From: an uncultured delta proteobacterium
Lineage (GTDB): Bacteria; Myxococcota_A; Polyangia; Palsa-1104
Assembly: GCA_963785725.1 (NCBI GenBank)
Contig: CAWAWS010000014.1
Coordinates: 256,001-320,000 of the forward strand
Reading direction: 5' to 3'
DNA: 64,000 nucleotides
Of this stretch, positions 61,859 through 64,000 are shown one piece after another. Position 1 is the stretch's first letter. Each line of letters starts with the position of its first letter. The position numbers and the translations under genes were made by a program. The notes under the pieces were generated by a model. The model saw only the letters and a program-made list of their open reading frames with translations, did no database searches and was not told the DNA's origin.

Positions 61859-62779
61859 TCAGCGGGGGATGGGTGGCGACGGGGTGCCGGCGCTGATGAC
61901 TCGGTTGCGGCCTTGGCGCTTGGCTTGGTAGAGCGCGTCGTCGGCGGCGCCGATCAGCTCCTGCGGCTCGCGCATGTTGTGGACCGCGGCGACGCCGACG
62001 GACACGGTCACGCGGATCGGGGTCTCGGCGTAGACGAACTGCTGCAGATCGACGCAGCGACGAATGCGCTCGCCGAACGCCAGCGCGCCCGTCAGGTCGA
62101 TGCCGCGGCAGATGACGACGAACTCCTCGCCGCCGTAGCGCGCGAAGACGTCCTCCTGCCGAATCGTCTCTTGCACGACGGTCGAGAGCGTCGCCAACGC
62201 GTAGTCGCCGGCGAGGTGGCCGTGCGAATCGTTGATGCGCTTGAAGTAGTCGATGTCGAACATGATGAGCGACAAGGGCGTGCGGTGACGGACCGCGAAC
62301 GCGAACTCGCTCTCCAGCCGATCCATGAAGTATTTCTTGTTGAAGATCTTGGTCAGGCCGTCGCGCAGCGCCGACTCGTACATTTGCCGCTGAAAGCTCT
62401 CGTCGAGCGAGTCGTGGAACGTGAATTTCAAGATCGTGGTCGAGCCGACCTGGATCTTGTCGCCGTCGCTGAGCTGATGCGTGGCCACGCGATCGCCGTT
62501 GCAATAGGTGCCGTTGGTCGAGCCCAAGTCGCGAATGAGGATGTGGCCGTCCTCGTGTGAGATCTCGGCGTGGCGGCGCGAAATGCCCTCGTCGATGACC
62601 TGGATGTCGGCCTGCTGGCCGCGTCCGATGATCGTCTTCTCGGCGGTGATCTTGTACATCTCACCGACGGAAGAGCCGGCGAGCACGATCAAATACGCGC
62701 GATCGCGATCCTGGGCCGCTGGACGCTCGAGCTCGTCCTTGGCCGAGACCTTAGTCTCGTCGTCCCAGTCGGTGGGCAC
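61859..62779 (-). CDS. FHA-domain diguanylate cyclase
   Basis: FHA (GR..SRRHA..DLGSTNGT); DID.FK.IND..GH..GD, I-site RQED and active-site GGEEF. Confidence 0.95.
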   Translation of the reverse strand: MPTDWDDETKVSAKDELERPAAQDRDRAYLIVLAGSSVGEMYKITAEKTIIGRGQQADIQVIDEGISRRHAEISHEDGHILIRDLGSTNGTYCNGDRVATHQLSDGDKIQVGSTTILKFTFHDSLDESFQRQMYESALRDGLTKIFNKKYFMDRLESEFAFAVRHRTPLSLIMFDIDYFKRINDSHGHLAGDYALATLSTVVQETIRQEDVFARYGGEEFVVICRGIDLTGALAFGERIRRCVDLQQFVYAETPIRVTVSVGVAAVHNMREPQELIGAADDALYQAKRQGRNRVISAGTPSPPIPR

Positions 62780-62794
62780 CGCAAGATCCTAGCA

Positions 62795-63181
62795 TCATGG
62801 TGAAAGCTCACGCAACCGTGACAGAAGTCGTTGCGTATCAATCGGCTTTACAAAGTAGTCAGCCGCGCCGCAGCTCAGCCCGTTCTCGATGTCCGAAGGT
62901 GCCGACCGTCCGCTGATGAAGACGACCGGAATGTTGGCGTAATTCTGGTTCGCCTTCATCGCGCGGCACAGCTCGAAGCCGTTGATCCACGACATGGCGA
63001 TGTCGAGCAGGATGACGTCGGGACGATCGACCTCCAAGAGCGACAACAGCCGCAATCCGGAGGGCGCCAACGCCACGTGCCAGCCGCTCTTCTCTAAGAT
63101 CTGCTGCAGACGCTCCCGCGTGTCCCGGTCGTCGTCGACGATGACCACCCGTTTGGGCGGCTCTCGCTCAACGAGGGCCAC
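62795..63181 (-). CDS. Single-domain response regulator
   Basis: IVDDD, LLDIAM..NG, ISG and VKP. GTG start overlaps the xseB 3' end. Confidence 0.88.
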   Translation of the reverse strand: MALVEREPPKRVVIVDDDRDTRERLQQILEKSGWHVALAPSGLRLLSLLEVDRPDVILLDIAMSWINGFELCRAMKANQNYANIPVVFISGRSAPSDIENGLSCGAADYFVKPIDTQRLLSRLRELSP

Positions 63182-63455
63182 GGTCCGGTTCCCCGCCGCC
63201 ACCACCCCCGCCAAACGGGACTGCCTGATCGGCCCCGCTGTCATCCTTCATCAGAATCTCGACGCGCTGCTCGGCCGCATCCAAGATGCGCGCGCCGGAG
63301 CGGGAGAGCTTGACGCCGTCTTCGAAGGCGGCCAGCGACTGTTCGAGCGATAAATTACCGCCCTCGAGCCGCTCGACGATGGAGCGCAGCTGCGCCAAAA
63401 CCTGGTCGAATCCCGGCTCGTTCTCCGTCGCTGGCGCTTCCTGCGGTACAGCCAT
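63168..63455 (-). CDS. xseB: Exodeoxyribonuclease VII small subunit
   Basis: FDQ.L..L..IV.RLE.G.LSLEQSL..FE.G..L......L..AE.RVE.L. Confidence 0.92.
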   Translation of the reverse strand: MAVPQEAPATENEPGFDQVLAQLRSIVERLEGGNLSLEQSLAAFEDGVKLSRSGARILDAAEQRVEILMKDDSGADQAVPFGGGGGGGEPDRGPR

Positions 63456-63550
63456 CACTCCCCCCGGTACATTTATCGTGCGCTGCGGCACGCGGCAGGT
63501 CAATGGGCAAATCCCTTGACACGGTGCGCCTCTCGATCCCGAATGATGGC

Positions 63551-64000
63551 GTGAGCAGCCATCCGCAGCTTAACGCGACCGAGGTCGCCAAGCTGCGCGC
63601 CCGTTTCGAAGACTACGCGCGCAAGCACGGCCTGAAGTCCACCAATCAGCGCGACGCGATCGTCGAGCAGTTCCTGCGCTCGAGCGGCCACATGTCGATC
63701 GAGGATCTGCTGGCGCGGGTGCGCAAGCGGTCGCCCAAGGTCGGCTACGCCACGGTCTATCGCACGATGAAGCTCCTGACCGACTCCGGCTTGGCCGCCG
63801 CGCGCCAATTCGGCGACGGCCAGACGCGCTACGAGGTCATGAGTGACGAGCACGCCCACCACGATCACCTGATCTGCGTGCAATGTGGGCTCATCCTCGA
63901 GTTCGAGAACGACACGATCGAGAAGCTGCAGGATGAGATGGCCGATCGCTTGGGCGGCTTCAAACTGGTGCGCCACAAGCTCGAGCTCTACGGCATGTGT
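63551..64000 (+). CDS. fur: Fur family metalloregulator (3' end outside window)
   Basis: Read by hand: [42 protein letters not shown]. Missing from the ORF track because there is no stop in the window. Confidence 0.92.
   Translation, partial: MSSHPQLNATEVAKLRARFEDYARKHGLKSTNQRDAIVEQFLRSSGHMSIEDLLARVRKRSPKVGYATVYRTMKLLTDSGLAAARQFGDGQTRYEVMSDEHAHHDHLICVQCGLILEFENDTIEKLQDEMADRLGGFKLVRHKLELYGMC

Noticed and set aside
63500..63976. 158-aa minus-strand ORF
   Set aside because: Antisense of the plus-strand fur gene.

Overview
High-GC chromosomal window from a myxobacterium-like organism (Myxococcota, probably Polyangia-like). This is inferred from MYXO-CTERM tails, ETDVDCGG Cys-rich repeats, giant TPR proteins, FHA-sigma54 and FHA-GGDEF fusions, and Hanks kinases. 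It holds about 58 genes. Housekeeping: glgP, pdxB, bioB, cyaY, trpS, dnaJ, xseB, fur, tolQRAB-ppx and a LigD polymerase domain. Also many secreted peptidases and surface proteins, plus a dense Ser/Thr-phosphorylation, FHA and two-component signalling set. I saw no rRNA, tRNA, CRISPR, prophage or intact transposase. Best leads: (1) a translationally coupled four-gene operon, VWA-TM-FHA / amidase fused to a WHxxxH (WHIX-like) effector scaffold / secreted alpha-beta hydrolase / 40-aa membrane peptide, which may be an orphan secreted peptidoglycan-toxin or wall-remodelling module; (2) an unannotated Tat-like 54-aa peptide ending in WIGHC with its own promoter; (3) a recurring TAnnnT-N6-start pattern implying widespread leaderless mRNAs; (4) a rhomboid pseudoprotease; (5) a hairpin/MITE-like insert between tolQ and tolR; (6) a TetR/diiron-enzyme switch with two visible operators; (7) a doubly frameshifted halogenase-like gene. 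All functional calls come from reading motifs by eye; no database searches were run.
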